Counted from the first letter of the stretch, positions 11,416-21,318 are shown. The stretch is 64,000 bases of DNA from Pseudotabrizicola sp. (GCF_030684215.1 NZ_JAUXOV010000073.1:94396-158395), one strand, 5' to 3'. Notes: generated by a model not told the origin, from the letters alone. Made by a program: numbers and translations.

Positions 11416-11497
11416 CACAAGCCTCCCTCTCCATTGCCCTTTTGTCTGCAATGTCTTAGGTAACAGTCCCACTCCTGCCGTCAAGAACTGGCCCCAA

Positions 11498-13960
11498 ATG
11501 CTTAATGTTTTCCGCTGGCTGATGCGTTTGTTGACAGGGCTTGTGGCCCTTGGCCTGCTGTGTCTGATCGGGGTTTATTACTTTCTGGAACGGTCAATCC
11601 CCGACTACACGGGGACTTTCACGATTTCGGGGGTCTCTGCCCCGGTCGAGATTTTGCGCAACAATGACAACGTGCCACATATTTTCGGGTCTGCGGATAC
11701 GGATGTCTATTTCGCACTTGGATTTGCACATGCGCAGGACCGTCTGTGGCAGATGACAATGCTGCGTCGCACCGCGCAGGGGCGGTTGTCGGAGGTGTTT
11801 GGCAACCGCACGCTCAAGATTGACGAGCTGTTGCGCCGCTATGATCTGTACACTCTATCGCTGCAGTCGGTCGAGGCGCAGGACGCGCCCACCCGTGCCG
11901 CGCTGGAGGCTTATTCGGCGGGCGTCAATACCTGGATCGGGCAGATCAATGAGGGCGCGCGCGGCCGAGGTGCGCCGGAGTTTTTCTTCTTTTCCAATGA
12001 GATCGCCGCATGGGCGCCTGCCGATTCCATCGCCATCCTGAAGCTGATGGCACTGCAACTTTCTGGCCATCTGGAGGCCGAGGTATTGCGGGCCCGTATG
12101 TCGATGCTGCTGCCCGAAGACCGCCTGCGCGACATTCTGCCCGATGATCCGGGACAGGCCGTGACGGCCCTGCCCGACTATGCCAGCCTGATGCCGGGGG
12201 TCGCCCCCTCCACCGATGCGCTGCGTATGGCGACCACGGACCCGCTGTCGCCGTTTCCGCGCGTCGATCTGGCGGGCGCGTCAAACGCCTGGGCGGCTGT
12301 GCCGGGGCGCTCGGCGGCGGGTGGCACCTTGTTGGCCAATGACCCGCACCTTGGCTTTACTGCGCCGACGATCTGGTATCTGGCCCGGCTGGAACTGCAA
12401 TCGGGTGGCGTGATCGGGGCGACCATTCCCGGCGTGCCCAGCATTCTGATCGGGCGGTCGGCAGCGATCGGGTGGGGGCTGACGTCATCATATGTCGATG
12501 ATCAGGATCTGGTCATGGAAAAGCTTAACCCCGCCAATTCCCAGGAATATGAAACCGCGACGGGCATGAAGCCCTTTGCCACCCGGCGATCGATCATTCA
12601 GGTCAAGGACGAGGCCCCTGTCACCATCACGCTGCGCTGGTCCGAGGCAGGGCCAGTGCTGCCGGGAACGCATTACGACCTTGGCTCTGTCACCCCGCCC
12701 GGCCACGTGGCTGCCCTGTCCTGGACCGCGCTTTCGGGCGCTGACACCACGATGACGGCGGCGCTGCGGGTGATGCAGGCCCGAACTATCCCCGATGCAA
12801 TAGAGGCCGGGCGTCTGTTCGTGGCCCCGGCGCAGAACCTGATGCTGGTGGACGAGTCTGGCATTGCCTTGCAAGTGGTCGGCCATGTGCCGATGCGGGA
12901 CGCAGAGCACCCGACCATGGGCCGGATGCCCGCGCTTGGCACCAATGCCACCAGCCGTTGGCTTGGGGTGATGCCCTATGACAGCAATCCGCGCGTGGTG
13001 AATCCCACCAGCGGCATCCTGGGCAATACCAACAACAAGACCGTTGACCTGCCTTTTCCTGACCATCTGTCGTTCCTGTGGGGCGACACCCAGCGGATTC
13101 AGCGGTGGCTGTCCTTGATGCAGACCCGCGAAGTTCATACCCGCGAAAGTTTTATCGAAGCCCAGCTTGATACCGTGTCCCCCACCGCGCGCGCCATTTT
13201 ACCGCTGATCGGGGCCGAGTTGTGGTTTACAGGCGAAGCGGCGACTGAAGGCACCTCCGAGCGCCTGCGCCAGCGGGCGCTGTCACTTCTGGCCGAGTGG
13301 AACGGCGAGATGAACGAGCATCTGCCAGAGCCACTGATCTATCAGGCGTGGGTGCGCGCGCTGAATGAGCGGCTGATCCGGGATGAGCTGGGACCGCTGG
13401 CGGATACCATCACCCACCCCGATCCGGTGTTCATCGACCGGGTGTTTCGCAATACGAATGGCGCTGGGGTCTGGTGTGATGTGATCCAGTCGGCGGTGGT
13501 GGAAACCTGCCCTGATCTGGCCCGCATCGCGCTGGACGAGGCGCTGATCCAGCTGACCGCCACCTATGGCCCCAATCCCGAAAGCTGGCGCTGGGGTCAG
13601 GCGCATGAGGCCACGCATGACCATCCGGTGTTGGGCGAGGTGCCGTTCCTGAAATGGTTCGTCAACATCCGCCAATCGACCAGTGGCGATGATCACACGC
13701 TGATGCGCGGCCGCACCAAGGGCACGGGGCCTAATCCCTATCTGAACGTCCATGGCGCAGGCTATCGCGGGGTATATGACTTTGCCGACCCGGATTCGTC
13801 GGTCTTTGTGATCTCAACCGGGCAGTCGGGCCACCCGTTGTCACGCCATTACGACGACTTGGGTGAACGCTGGCGCAGGGGAGATTATGTGCCGATGAGC
13901 CTTGACCCGGAACTCGCCCGCGCGGCGGCTGTTGGCAGCACGATGCTGATGCCGCGTTAG
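11498..13960 (+). CDS. Penicillin acylase family Ntn-hydrolase (possible acyl-homoserine-lactone acylase)
   Basis: Start at MLNVFRWLMRLLTGLVALGLLCLIGVYYF (N-terminal anchor). HIFGSADTDVYFALGFAHAQDRLWQM. Putative autoprocessing nucleophile in GASNAWAV (Ser codon 12281-12283). LANDPHL. Confidence 0.85.
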   Translation: MLNVFRWLMRLLTGLVALGLLCLIGVYYFLERSIPDYTGTFTISGVSAPVEILRNNDNVPHIFGSADTDVYFALGFAHAQDRLWQMTMLRRTAQGRLSEVFGNRTLKIDELLRRYDLYTLSLQSVEAQDAPTRAALEAYSAGVNTWIGQINEGARGRGAPEFFFFSNEIAAWAPADSIAILKLMALQLSGHLEAEVLRARMSMLLPEDRLRDILPDDPGQAVTALPDYASLMPGVAPSTDALRMATTDPLSPFPRVDLAGASNAWAAVPGRSAAGGTLLANDPHLGFTAPTIWYLARLELQSGGVIGATIPGVPSILIGRSAAIGWGLTSSYVDDQDLVMEKLNPANSQEYETATGMKPFATRRSIIQVKDEAPVTITLRWSEAGPVLPGTHYDLGSVTPPGHVAALSWTALSGADTTMTAALRVMQARTIPDAIEAGRLFVAPAQNLMLVDESGIALQVVGHVPMRDAEHPTMGRMPALGTNATSRWLGVMPYDSNPRVVNPTSGILGNTNNKTVDLPFPDHLSFLWGDTQRIQRWLSLMQTREVHTRESFIEAQLDTVSPTARAILPLIGAELWFTGEAATEGTSERLRQRALSLLAEWNGEMNEHLPEPLIYQAWVRALNERLIRDELGPLADTITHPDPVFIDRVFRNTNGAGVWCDVIQSAVVETCPDLARIALDEALIQLTATYGPNPESWRWGQAHEATHDHPVLGEVPFLKWFVNIRQSTSGDDHTLMRGRTKGTGPNPYLNVHGAGYRGVYDFADPDSSVFVISTGQSGHPLSRHYDDLGERWRRGDYVPMSLDPELARAAAVGSTMLMPR

Positions 13961-14952
13961 GCAGTTGCCGCGTTGGTCTTGCTGGCCAAAGTACCGGCAG
14001 TCCACATCCGCAGCACGCGCAATGCAATCGCCGGGATGGCCCCCAGTGTCAGCACGGTGACCAGCACGCCACCCATGACCCAACCGTTGATCAAGAGCGC
14101 ACTGGCAAAAGCGGCCGCAGGAAAGGTGAACGCGCCCCAAAGCGGGGTAAACCCCGCCTGCCCTATCCAGCGGTGGACAACCAGCAGCGCAATGGCGATG
14201 GCAAAGGCCAACACAACCATGGCCTGCGCCAGAAACGTCATACCCAGCAGACCCGCCACGCTGGCAAACAGGCTGGCAGGCGCAAGATGAATGGCCAGCA
14301 ACGGGCGCAGGGGCGCCGGCGGAATGCGAAGGGCCAACTGCCACAGGCTGACGCCCCAGATCCCAACCGCCACCGGCATCGTCGTCCAAAGGATAATCAG
14401 GGCAAGACCCTCCCAACCCAGCGGAACGGCAGCCAAAGCACCGACGATGAAACCGACAAACGCAAGATGCCAGACGGGCGTGACATCGCGCCCCTCTGGC
14501 GGGGCGGCCAACAGACTGCGCACCATCAGCAATGCCAGAGCGCCTTGCAGCACCAGACCCAGCACAAGCACACCTTTGGCCGCCTGAGGCGCGAAAAAAC
14601 CCAACATGGCAGCAAAGGCCAAAGCGCCCACAGTGGCCGCCGCCAAACCTGCCCTACCGGGCAAAATCCGCAAGTCTTCGGTCACGACACCGGGGCGCCG
14701 GGCAATCTTGATGGCGTATGCCAAAGTGCAGAACAGCCACAGCCCGGCCACCAGCCCCATAACCAGATCGGCCAGGCCTTCGGGCACCTGCGCCACAATC
14801 GACGCGCGCTTCAGCGCCAGGGCAAGGCCCAACATCCCCAGAACAACCGGAAACACTGCCGGCGGCATGCGTGCAAACAGTGGCAGTTTGCGCGGCGGGA
14901 ACTCCGGCGGTGGAAACATCTTCGGGCGGCGCTGGTTCGGATCACGGCTCAT
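13957..14952 (-). CDS. TDT-family transporter (TehA/Mae1/SLAC1-like anion or dicarboxylate transporter)
   Basis: About 10 TM helices. N-terminus ..LPLFARMPPAVFPVVLGMLGLALALKR is typical of TehA-like proteins. Start at MSRDPNQ (14952). The 3' end overlaps the convergent acylase gene by 4 nt. Confidence 0.65.
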   Translation of the reverse strand: MSRDPNQRRPKMFPPPEFPPRKLPLFARMPPAVFPVVLGMLGLALALKRASIVAQVPEGLADLVMGLVAGLWLFCTLAYAIKIARRPGVVTEDLRILPGRAGLAAATVGALAFAAMLGFFAPQAAKGVLVLGLVLQGALALLMVRSLLAAPPEGRDVTPVWHLAFVGFIVGALAAVPLGWEGLALIILWTTMPVAVGIWGVSLWQLALRIPPAPLRPLLAIHLAPASLFASVAGLLGMTFLAQAMVVLAFAIAIALLVVHRWIGQAGFTPLWGAFTFPAAAFASALLINGWVMGGVLVTVLTLGAIPAIALRVLRMWTAGTLASKTNAATA

Positions 14953-15030
14953 CAGGACTACTCTCATGCACATTGTTTTGACAAAGCGCATCCGCCCTGC
15001 CGATGCAAGCGCGGGCTTGCCGCATCCGCC

Positions 15031-15885
15031 TTATCCCGGCAGCACCAGACTGGTCGCCCCAAGCCGATGCAGGGCCGCACCTGTGCCCAGCTTGAACCGC
15101 GCAAGGCCCGGCGCGTCTTCAGAATTGACATCGCCCAGATCCAGCGTTGTAACCCCTTCGGCCCGCAGGGCAAGGGCTGCATGCCAAAGCATCACCCGGT
15201 GCGCCCCCGATTCGCGCGCAATCAGATCGGCGTGCCCCAAGTGATAGGTGGCCCAAGAACCATGGCGCACAAAGCACATCGACGCATGGCGGCAACCGGC
15301 CTGACGCCAGTGCCACAGCCGCAGCGCGTTCTGGGGGATCGCGCGGGTAAACCGAGGCGGCAGGGCGACATAGTGACGGCTGGCGCGTTGGCGTGCCTCT
15401 GCCTCCACCAGATCGTGCAGGGCGCGGGGTGGGGCCAGTGTCACCTTAAGCTGACGCCGTTCTGCGGCACGCAATGCGTTACGCCACTTGCCCGCCATCG
15501 CCGCACGCAGATCTGCCGGTTCGGGACTCAGATCCCAAAGCGCCACATGGCGCGGTGTCATCAGCGGAATGATCCCCAACCCGGCGGCAGACTGTTCGGG
15601 CAAGACAATCAGCGCCCGCGTGGTACGCGCCAGTTTGCGCAACGCCCGGTGGCGCGTTGCCACATCCAAGGGGACAGTCCACACCGGGCCACGCAGCACA
15701 ACCTGTAACGGCCCGCGCCTGAGGGTCTGCACTTGCGCCAGACTCTGCCCACCCGCCTCCACCAGATTTGCCACATCCATCTGAGCGCCCGTAGCCTGCG
15801 CGGCCATTGCATAGGCCGCACTTTGCTGGAACGCCCCGGATACGGGGACTGATGCTGGATCAAATACCTGCCAATGCCATTTCAT
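15031..15885 (-). CDS. GNAT-fold acyltransferase, FemAB-like (Acetyltransf_6 / peptidoglycan-bridge-formation-like)
   Basis: 284 aa. Pattern ..LRAAMAGKWRNALRAAERRQLKV.. then ..ASMCFVRHGSWATYHLGH..GAHRVMLWHAALALRAEGVTTLDLGDV resembles COG2348/FemAB-type GNAT proteins. Recognition is by eye only. Confidence 0.5.
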   Translation of the reverse strand: MKWHWQVFDPASVPVSGAFQQSAAYAMAAQATGAQMDVANLVEAGGQSLAQVQTLRRGPLQVVLRGPVWTVPLDVATRHRALRKLARTTRALIVLPEQSAAGLGIIPLMTPRHVALWDLSPEPADLRAAMAGKWRNALRAAERRQLKVTLAPPRALHDLVEAEARQRASRHYVALPPRFTRAIPQNALRLWHWRQAGCRHASMCFVRHGSWATYHLGHADLIARESGAHRVMLWHAALALRAEGVTTLDLGDVNSEDAPGLARFKLGTGAALHRLGATSLVLPG

Positions 15886-15930
15886 ATGCCTGTTAACGCA
15901 GAAAAAACTGAATCACTGTTTAAGCGGGGC

Positions 15931-16053
15931 ATGAGACATGAAAAAATCACTCCCCGCCTCGCCCCCGCCCCGCGCATCACGCTTTGGGTGCCCAGCCTGT
16001 TGGCATCTGGCCTTGGTCTGGCGTTCCTGTCGGTGTTGGCGTTGCTACCATGA
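15931..16053 (+). CDS. Candidate 40-aa single-pass membrane peptide (hypothetical)
   Basis: Hand translation: MRHEKITPRLAPAPRITLWVPSLLASGLGLAFLSVLALLP. Charged N-terminus plus one hydrophobic helix. Lies in a 221-bp lower-GC gap. No strong SD and no homology evidence. Confidence 0.25.
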   Translation: MRHEKITPRLAPAPRITLWVPSLLASGLGLAFLSVLALLP

Positions 16054-16084
16054 AACAAGGGCCCCGGCTTGCACCGGAGCCCCC
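16052..16084 (-). terminator. Intrinsic terminator after aglK
   Basis: Minus-strand RNA GGGGCUCCGG-UGCAAG-CCGGGGCCC followed by UUGUUUCA, 23 nt after the aglK stop. Confidence 0.6.
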
Positions 16085-16106
16085 TCATCTGCATGCTGAC
16101 TGGGGA

Positions 16107-17192
16107 TCAGCGGTATAGCAGGCTGAGTCCATTGGCAAAAAGATGCACTTTCGACGGCTCGGCCCCCAAGGCCACCGTGGTCCGGCGCACTTCGGTATGA
16201 ATGCCGGGCAGCTTGGCGACGACTTGCGCGTCGGTGCCGGCACGCCTGAAATAAAGCAGCGTGACCTCGCCCAAGGCTTCGGTGATCTCGACCTCGCCCT
16301 TGAAGATCGGCGTGCCGGTGGTGGCCAGCAGGTCTTCCGGACGCACCCCGATGTTCACCTTCAACCCCAGATCGGCGGCCAGCGTTGGCACATGCGACAC
16401 CGCCTCGCCGCCATTGGTCAGCCGCACGCGGGTTTGTGCACCTGTTTCAATCACTTCCCCCGCCATCAGGTTCATCGCCGGGCTACCAATAAACTGCGCG
16501 ACAAACTCGTTCTGAGGCCGCTCATACAACTCCAGCGGCGTGCCCACCTGAGAAATCCCGCCGCCCGCCAGCACCACGATCCGGGTCGCAAGAGTCATCG
16601 CCTCGACCTGATCATGGGTCACATAGATCATGGTTGAATTCGGCATCGATTCTTTAAGCTGGGCAATTTCCAACCGCGTCGCCACCCGCAAGGCGGCGTC
16701 AAGGTTCGAGAGCGGCTCGTCAAACAGATACACCTTGGGGTCGCGCACAATGGACCGCCCGATGGCCACCCGTTGCCGCTGGCCGCCCGACAGCGCCTTT
16801 GGCAGACGGTCCAGATACGGCTCCAACTGCAGGATCTTTGCTGCCTTGGCCACCGCCGCATCAATCTCGGCCGTTGATTTCTTTGCAATTTTCAGCGCAA
16901 AGCTCATGTTGTCGCGCACCGTCATATGCGGGTACAGCGCGTAAGACTGGAACACCATGGCGATGCCCCGCTGTGCGGGCGGCACCTCATTCATGCGGTC
17001 GCCGTCGATGGTAAAATCGCCTCCGGTGATCTTTTCCAAGCCCGCAATCATCCGCAAAAGCGTCGATTTCCCGCAGCCCGACGGGCCGACGAAAACGATC
17101 AGCTCCCCAGTTTTGATGTCGAGGTTGATGTTCGACAGAACCTTGACCTCGCCATAAGCCTTTTCAACATTCGTCAGTTTCAGTTCGGCCAT
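16107..17192 (-). CDS. aglK: Sugar ABC transporter ATP-binding protein (MalK/UgpC type; alpha-glucoside system)
   Basis: Walker A GPSGCGKST, signature LSGGQRQRVAIGR, Walker B LFDEPLSNLD, C-terminal TOBE/MalK regulatory domain. Last gene of the aglEFGAK-like cluster. Confidence 0.88.
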   Translation of the reverse strand: MAELKLTNVEKAYGEVKVLSNINLDIKTGELIVFVGPSGCGKSTLLRMIAGLEKITGGDFTIDGDRMNEVPPAQRGIAMVFQSYALYPHMTVRDNMSFALKIAKKSTAEIDAAVAKAAKILQLEPYLDRLPKALSGGQRQRVAIGRSIVRDPKVYLFDEPLSNLDAALRVATRLEIAQLKESMPNSTMIYVTHDQVEAMTLATRIVVLAGGGISQVGTPLELYERPQNEFVAQFIGSPAMNLMAGEVIETGAQTRVRLTNGGEAVSHVPTLAADLGLKVNIGVRPEDLLATTGTPIFKGEVEITEALGEVTLLYFRRAGTDAQVVAKLPGIHTEVRRTTVALGAEPSKVHLFANGLSLLYR

Positions 17193-17208
17193 GTCCGGGC
17201 TCCCCCCC

Positions 17209-18843
17209 TTATTCTTTGCGCATCAGACAGAAGCCCCAGGGACCGAGTGTGACCTCGCCCCCCATCGCCGCTGTCGCGCCAAGATCCCCGCCAATGGCGG
17301 CCCAGTTTCCTTTGGGCAGCCCGATATGTGCTTGCTCTGCGCCCAGATTGAAGGCGCAGAAAATTTCTTCATCGCCCAGACGGCGGAACGCGGCCAGATC
17401 GCCCGTCGCCACCAGATCGGTCAGATCGCCAACACGCAGCGCATCATGCGCGCGACGAAACGCCAGGGCCCTGCGGTAATGGTTCAGCATCGACGCGGGG
17501 TCGGCATCTTGCGCCCCGACCGCCCGGTTCAGATGCGGGGCCTTGACCGGAAGCCACGGGTTGCCATCCGAGAACCCGCCATTGGCATTGTCCGTCACCC
17601 AAGGCAGTGGCGTGCGGCAGCCATCGCGGCCCTTGAATTCCGGCCAGAATTCGATGCCGTAGGGGTCTTGCAATTCCTCGAAGTCGATATCGGCCTCGGG
17701 TAAGCCAAGTTCTTCACCCTGATACAGGCACAAAGACCCGCGCAGACACATGAGAAGAACTGTGTAAGTCCTTGCTGCTGATTCACAAAGATCCCAACGT
17801 GTGATGTGGCGCACCGTGTCATGGTTGGAATAGGCCCAGCAGGGCCAGGCATCGGGCGCCACCGCATTCATGCGGCCGAATGTTTCGGCCAGCAGGTCCG
17901 CCGTCAGCCGCGTTGGTTGCAGCATCTCGAACGGGTAGCACATCTGCACCTTGTCCCCGCCCGAGGTATACTCGGCCATGATCTCAAGGCCGCGCTGCGC
18001 ATCACCCACCTCACCCACTGCGGCGGCGCCGTAGGGGTTCAGCACCTCACGGAATTTACGAAGAAATTCAAGGTTTTCTGGCTGGTTTTTGTCAAACAGG
18101 TGCAACTGGTGGTTATAGGGGTTCACCCCCGGCGCAATAGAGTCGTTGCGCAGCTCTTTTGGAAGGCTAGGATTGTCGCGCAAGTATTTGTCGGCAAAAT
18201 AGAAATTGATCGTATCCAGCCGAAAGCCATGCACCCCGCGTTCGAGCCAGAACCGCACCACATCCAACAGCGCCTCTTGCACAGGTTCGTGGTGCAGGTT
18301 CAGGTCGGGCTGGCTGGTCAGAAAGTTGTGCAGGTAGTACTGCTCGCGCCGCGCATCCCATTGCCAGGATGACCCGCCAAAGATCGCCAGCCAGTTGTTT
18401 GGCGGCGTGCCATCCGGCTTTGGCTCCGCCCAGACATACCAATCGGCGCGCGGGTTTGTCCTGTCTCTGCGGCTTTCCTTGAACCACGGATGCTGGTCGC
18501 TGGTATGCGACAACACCAGATCAATCATCACCTTCAGCCCAAGGCTTTGCGCCCGTGCCATCAGCGCATCGAAATCCGACAGCGTGCCGAACATCGGGTC
18601 CACGTCGCAGTAATCAGAGACGTCGTAGCCGAAATCCTTCATCGGGCTGGTGAAGAACGGGCTGATCCAGATCGCATCTGCCCCAAGGGTTGCGATATGA
18701 TCCAGCCGCTCGGTGATCCCCTTCAGATCGCCGATGCCGTCGCCGTTGCTGTCTTGATAGCTGCGAGGGTAGATCTGATAGATCACCGCCCCGCGCCACC
18801 AATCGACCTGTGCGCCGATCACGATTTGCTCTTGTTTGGCCAT
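17209..18843 (-). CDS. aglA: Alpha-glucosidase, GH13 (oligo-1,6-glucosidase/sucrose-maltose hydrolase type)
   Basis: WWRGAVIYQIYPRSYQDSNGDGIGDL, GADAIWISPFF, GVHGFRLDTINF, GEV.., YSNHD: the four GH13 conserved regions. Confidence 0.9.
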   Translation of the reverse strand: MAKQEQIVIGAQVDWWRGAVIYQIYPRSYQDSNGDGIGDLKGITERLDHIATLGADAIWISPFFTSPMKDFGYDVSDYCDVDPMFGTLSDFDALMARAQSLGLKVMIDLVLSHTSDQHPWFKESRRDRTNPRADWYVWAEPKPDGTPPNNWLAIFGGSSWQWDARREQYYLHNFLTSQPDLNLHHEPVQEALLDVVRFWLERGVHGFRLDTINFYFADKYLRDNPSLPKELRNDSIAPGVNPYNHQLHLFDKNQPENLEFLRKFREVLNPYGAAAVGEVGDAQRGLEIMAEYTSGGDKVQMCYPFEMLQPTRLTADLLAETFGRMNAVAPDAWPCWAYSNHDTVRHITRWDLCESAARTYTVLLMCLRGSLCLYQGEELGLPEADIDFEELQDPYGIEFWPEFKGRDGCRTPLPWVTDNANGGFSDGNPWLPVKAPHLNRAVGAQDADPASMLNHYRRALAFRRAHDALRVGDLTDLVATGDLAAFRRLGDEEIFCAFNLGAEQAHIGLPKGNWAAIGGDLGATAAMGGEVTLGPWGFCLMRKE

Positions 18844-18850
18844 AAGTCTC

Positions 18851-19993
18851 TCACTTCACCGAGCCGGCCAGCAGACCGCGCACGAGGTATTTCTGCATTG
18901 CAAAGAACACCAGCAGCGGTACCGCGATGCTGATAAACGCCGCCGTTGCCAGAATTTCCCAGTTGCCGCCGCGCGTGCCTAACAGCTCTACAATCTGCTT
19001 GGTCATCACCGTGGTTTGGCCCGATGAATCGATCAGGAACACCAGCGACACCAACAAATCATTCCACGTCCACAGGAACTGGAAGATCGCAAAAGAGGCG
19101 AGCGCCGGGAAAGACAGAGGCAGGATGATCTTGGTAAAGATCTGGAAATCCGACGCACCATCGACCTTTGCACATTCGATGATGTCACGCGGCAAACCAA
19201 CCATGTAATTTCGCAACAAATAGATCGCCAACGGTAACCCGAACCCGGTATGGGCCAGCCATGTACCAAGGTATCCCTTGCCGATGCCAATCTCGTTGTG
19301 CAGCTTCAGCAGCGGAATCAACGCCAGTTGCAGCGGCACCACCAACAGGCCGACGATGGCCGCAATCAACAGCGCACGGCCCGGAAAATCCATCCATGCC
19401 AAGGCATAAGCGGCAAAAGCTGCGACAAGGATCGGGATGATGGTGGCCGGGATCGTCACCGTCAGCGTGTTGAAAAACGCCTTAGACATGCCATCGGTGT
19501 TGCTCGGCTCAAACAGGATCGCGCGGTAATTCTGAAAGGTGAACTCTGGCGGGGTGGCGGCGGTGCTGAAAATCCGCGGCAGACGCGCACCGGCGGTCGT
19601 CTGGGGGCTCGACAGCACATAGGCGCCATCGGGAGCCACGGTCAGCGTGACCCCATCGCCCAACTCTACCACATCGCCGGGTGCATTCGCCTCTGGCGCA
19701 GTGGATGTGGTGCCCCATGCAGACACCTCGGCATTGGTGGCCGTAAACAGCCGCCCCTCAATCACGAAGCGCCCGTCCACCTCTAGTTCGGTGCCGCCCA
19801 CGCGAATGGCGGGCACCTGACGTTCCTGTGTCGACAGAGCCGACCACCAGCCCGAAGTTGCGATCTGATCCGCCGTGCGGAAAGACGACACGAACAGCCC
19901 CAGCGTTGGGAACAGCCACAGCGCCACGAGCACCGCCATCGAGATATGCACGGCCCATGTCAGGCCCGATTTCTTGCCGACAACGTTATCCAT
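18851..19993 (-). CDS. aglG: Carbohydrate ABC transporter permease with large periplasmic loop
   Basis: 380 aa. MalG-type EAA loop (ECAKVDGASDFQIFTKIILPL). Long insert between TM1 and TM2, as in AglG. 1-nt spacer to the upstream permease gene. Confidence 0.85.
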   Translation of the reverse strand: MDNVVGKKSGLTWAVHISMAVLVALWLFPTLGLFVSSFRTADQIATSGWWSALSTQERQVPAIRVGGTELEVDGRFVIEGRLFTATNAEVSAWGTTSTAPEANAPGDVVELGDGVTLTVAPDGAYVLSSPQTTAGARLPRIFSTAATPPEFTFQNYRAILFEPSNTDGMSKAFFNTLTVTIPATIIPILVAAFAAYALAWMDFPGRALLIAAIVGLLVVPLQLALIPLLKLHNEIGIGKGYLGTWLAHTGFGLPLAIYLLRNYMVGLPRDIIECAKVDGASDFQIFTKIILPLSFPALASFAIFQFLWTWNDLLVSLVFLIDSSGQTTVMTKQIVELLGTRGGNWEILATAAFISIAVPLLVFFAMQKYLVRGLLAGSVK

Positions 19994-19994
19994 A

Positions 19995-21233
19995 TTAACG
20001 CATCTCCTTGCGGGCGTTGTAGACGTTCCAGATCAGGATCGGCGTCACCAAAAGCATGATGATCATGGCCGATGCGGATCCCACGCCCCAGTCATTGGCG
20101 CGGAACAGCTTGTCATACATGTAATTGGCCAGCACTTGGGTTTCCCACTGGCCGTTGCTCATCGCAAAGACGATATCGAAGACCTTCAGCACAACGATGG
20201 TGATGGTGGTCCAGACCACAACGATGGTGCCCATGATCTGCGGCACCTTGATCTTGAAGAAGATCTGAAACGGGTTTGCGCCATCGACAATCGCGGCCTC
20301 GATCGTGTCTTCGGGCACACCGCGCAACGCTGCCGACAGGATCACCATGGCAAAACCGGTCTGAATCCAAACCAGTACGATCATCAGGAAAAAGCTGTTC
20401 CAGAACGGAATGGTCAGCCATGTTTGCGGCACACCATAGGGCAGATCGGTCCCCGCCAGCCCGATGGCCGAGCGGACAGACATAAAGATCAGCCACAGCG
20501 CCGCCGCACCAACCAACAAGCGCAGCGGAATGGTGCCGCCGCCAACCGGGCCAGATGGCTTTATCATCGGGCGCACGAACACCCACGCCACAAGCCCAAC
20601 CGCTGCGGCAAAGGCCAGAAGACCCAGAATCGGCACGATTTTCAGGAACAGAACCGACATCGGCCCCCCCTGAAACGCCAGCCAGACTGCGTTCATGATG
20701 CCGATTTGCTCCTGATCGACCGGGCGGGTGTCATAGACCAGTTTCCAGATCACCGCCGCACCGACAAAGGAAATCGCCATCGGCATGAAGATCAGAGATT
20801 TGGCCAGATTGCCCCAGCGAATGCGGTCAGACAGTTGCGCCGCGAGCAGGCCGAACGCGGTCGACATTGCAGGCACCACAATCAGCCAAAGCATGTTGTT
20901 TTTCAAGGCTTCCCAGAACTTCGGCTCGCCAAACATCTTGGTGTAGTTGTCAAAGCCGACCCATTGATAACCGCCGCCCGGCACCCGTTGCGTCAGCGAC
21001 AAGCGCAGCGTTTCCACCACCGGATAGGCAAGATACACCGACAGCGCGATCAGGGCGGGCATAAGGAACAGCCAGGGCCGGATCATGTTGGCGCGGTTGA
21101 TGTTGCGCCCCGCATTCGGACCGGAGGGCGGAAACAGCACCTTGTCCAGAAACAGATTCGAGAAATAGAAGTAGCTGACGCAACCGCCAACGCCGATGAT
21201 AATGGTGATCAATCCCTGAAGTGCCGGTGACAT
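19995..21233 (-). CDS. aglF: Carbohydrate ABC transporter permease (MalF-like)
   Basis: 412 aa, multiple TM helices, EAA loop EAAIVDGANPFQIFFKIKVP. Confidence 0.85.
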   Translation of the reverse strand: MSPALQGLITIIIGVGGCVSYFYFSNLFLDKVLFPPSGPNAGRNINRANMIRPWLFLMPALIALSVYLAYPVVETLRLSLTQRVPGGGYQWVGFDNYTKMFGEPKFWEALKNNMLWLIVVPAMSTAFGLLAAQLSDRIRWGNLAKSLIFMPMAISFVGAAVIWKLVYDTRPVDQEQIGIMNAVWLAFQGGPMSVLFLKIVPILGLLAFAAAVGLVAWVFVRPMIKPSGPVGGGTIPLRLLVGAAALWLIFMSVRSAIGLAGTDLPYGVPQTWLTIPFWNSFFLMIVLVWIQTGFAMVILSAALRGVPEDTIEAAIVDGANPFQIFFKIKVPQIMGTIVVVWTTITIVVLKVFDIVFAMSNGQWETQVLANYMYDKLFRANDWGVGSASAMIIMLLVTPILIWNVYNARKEMR

Positions 21234-21318
21234 GGCGCCTCATCCCCCCTTTGTGGTTCCCCCGTCTGTGGCCAGTGTGTCCCGGCTCTCGTTTTTGCAC
21301 TCACCGCCCCAAGGGCGG

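Noticed and set aside
15938-16099. Alternative 53-aa Cys-rich ORF (MKKSLPASPPPRASRFGCPACWH..) in the 15886-16106 gap
   Set aside because: It reads straight through the aglK terminator hairpin, is out of frame with the more protein-like TM ORF, and looks like a chance GC-rich frame.
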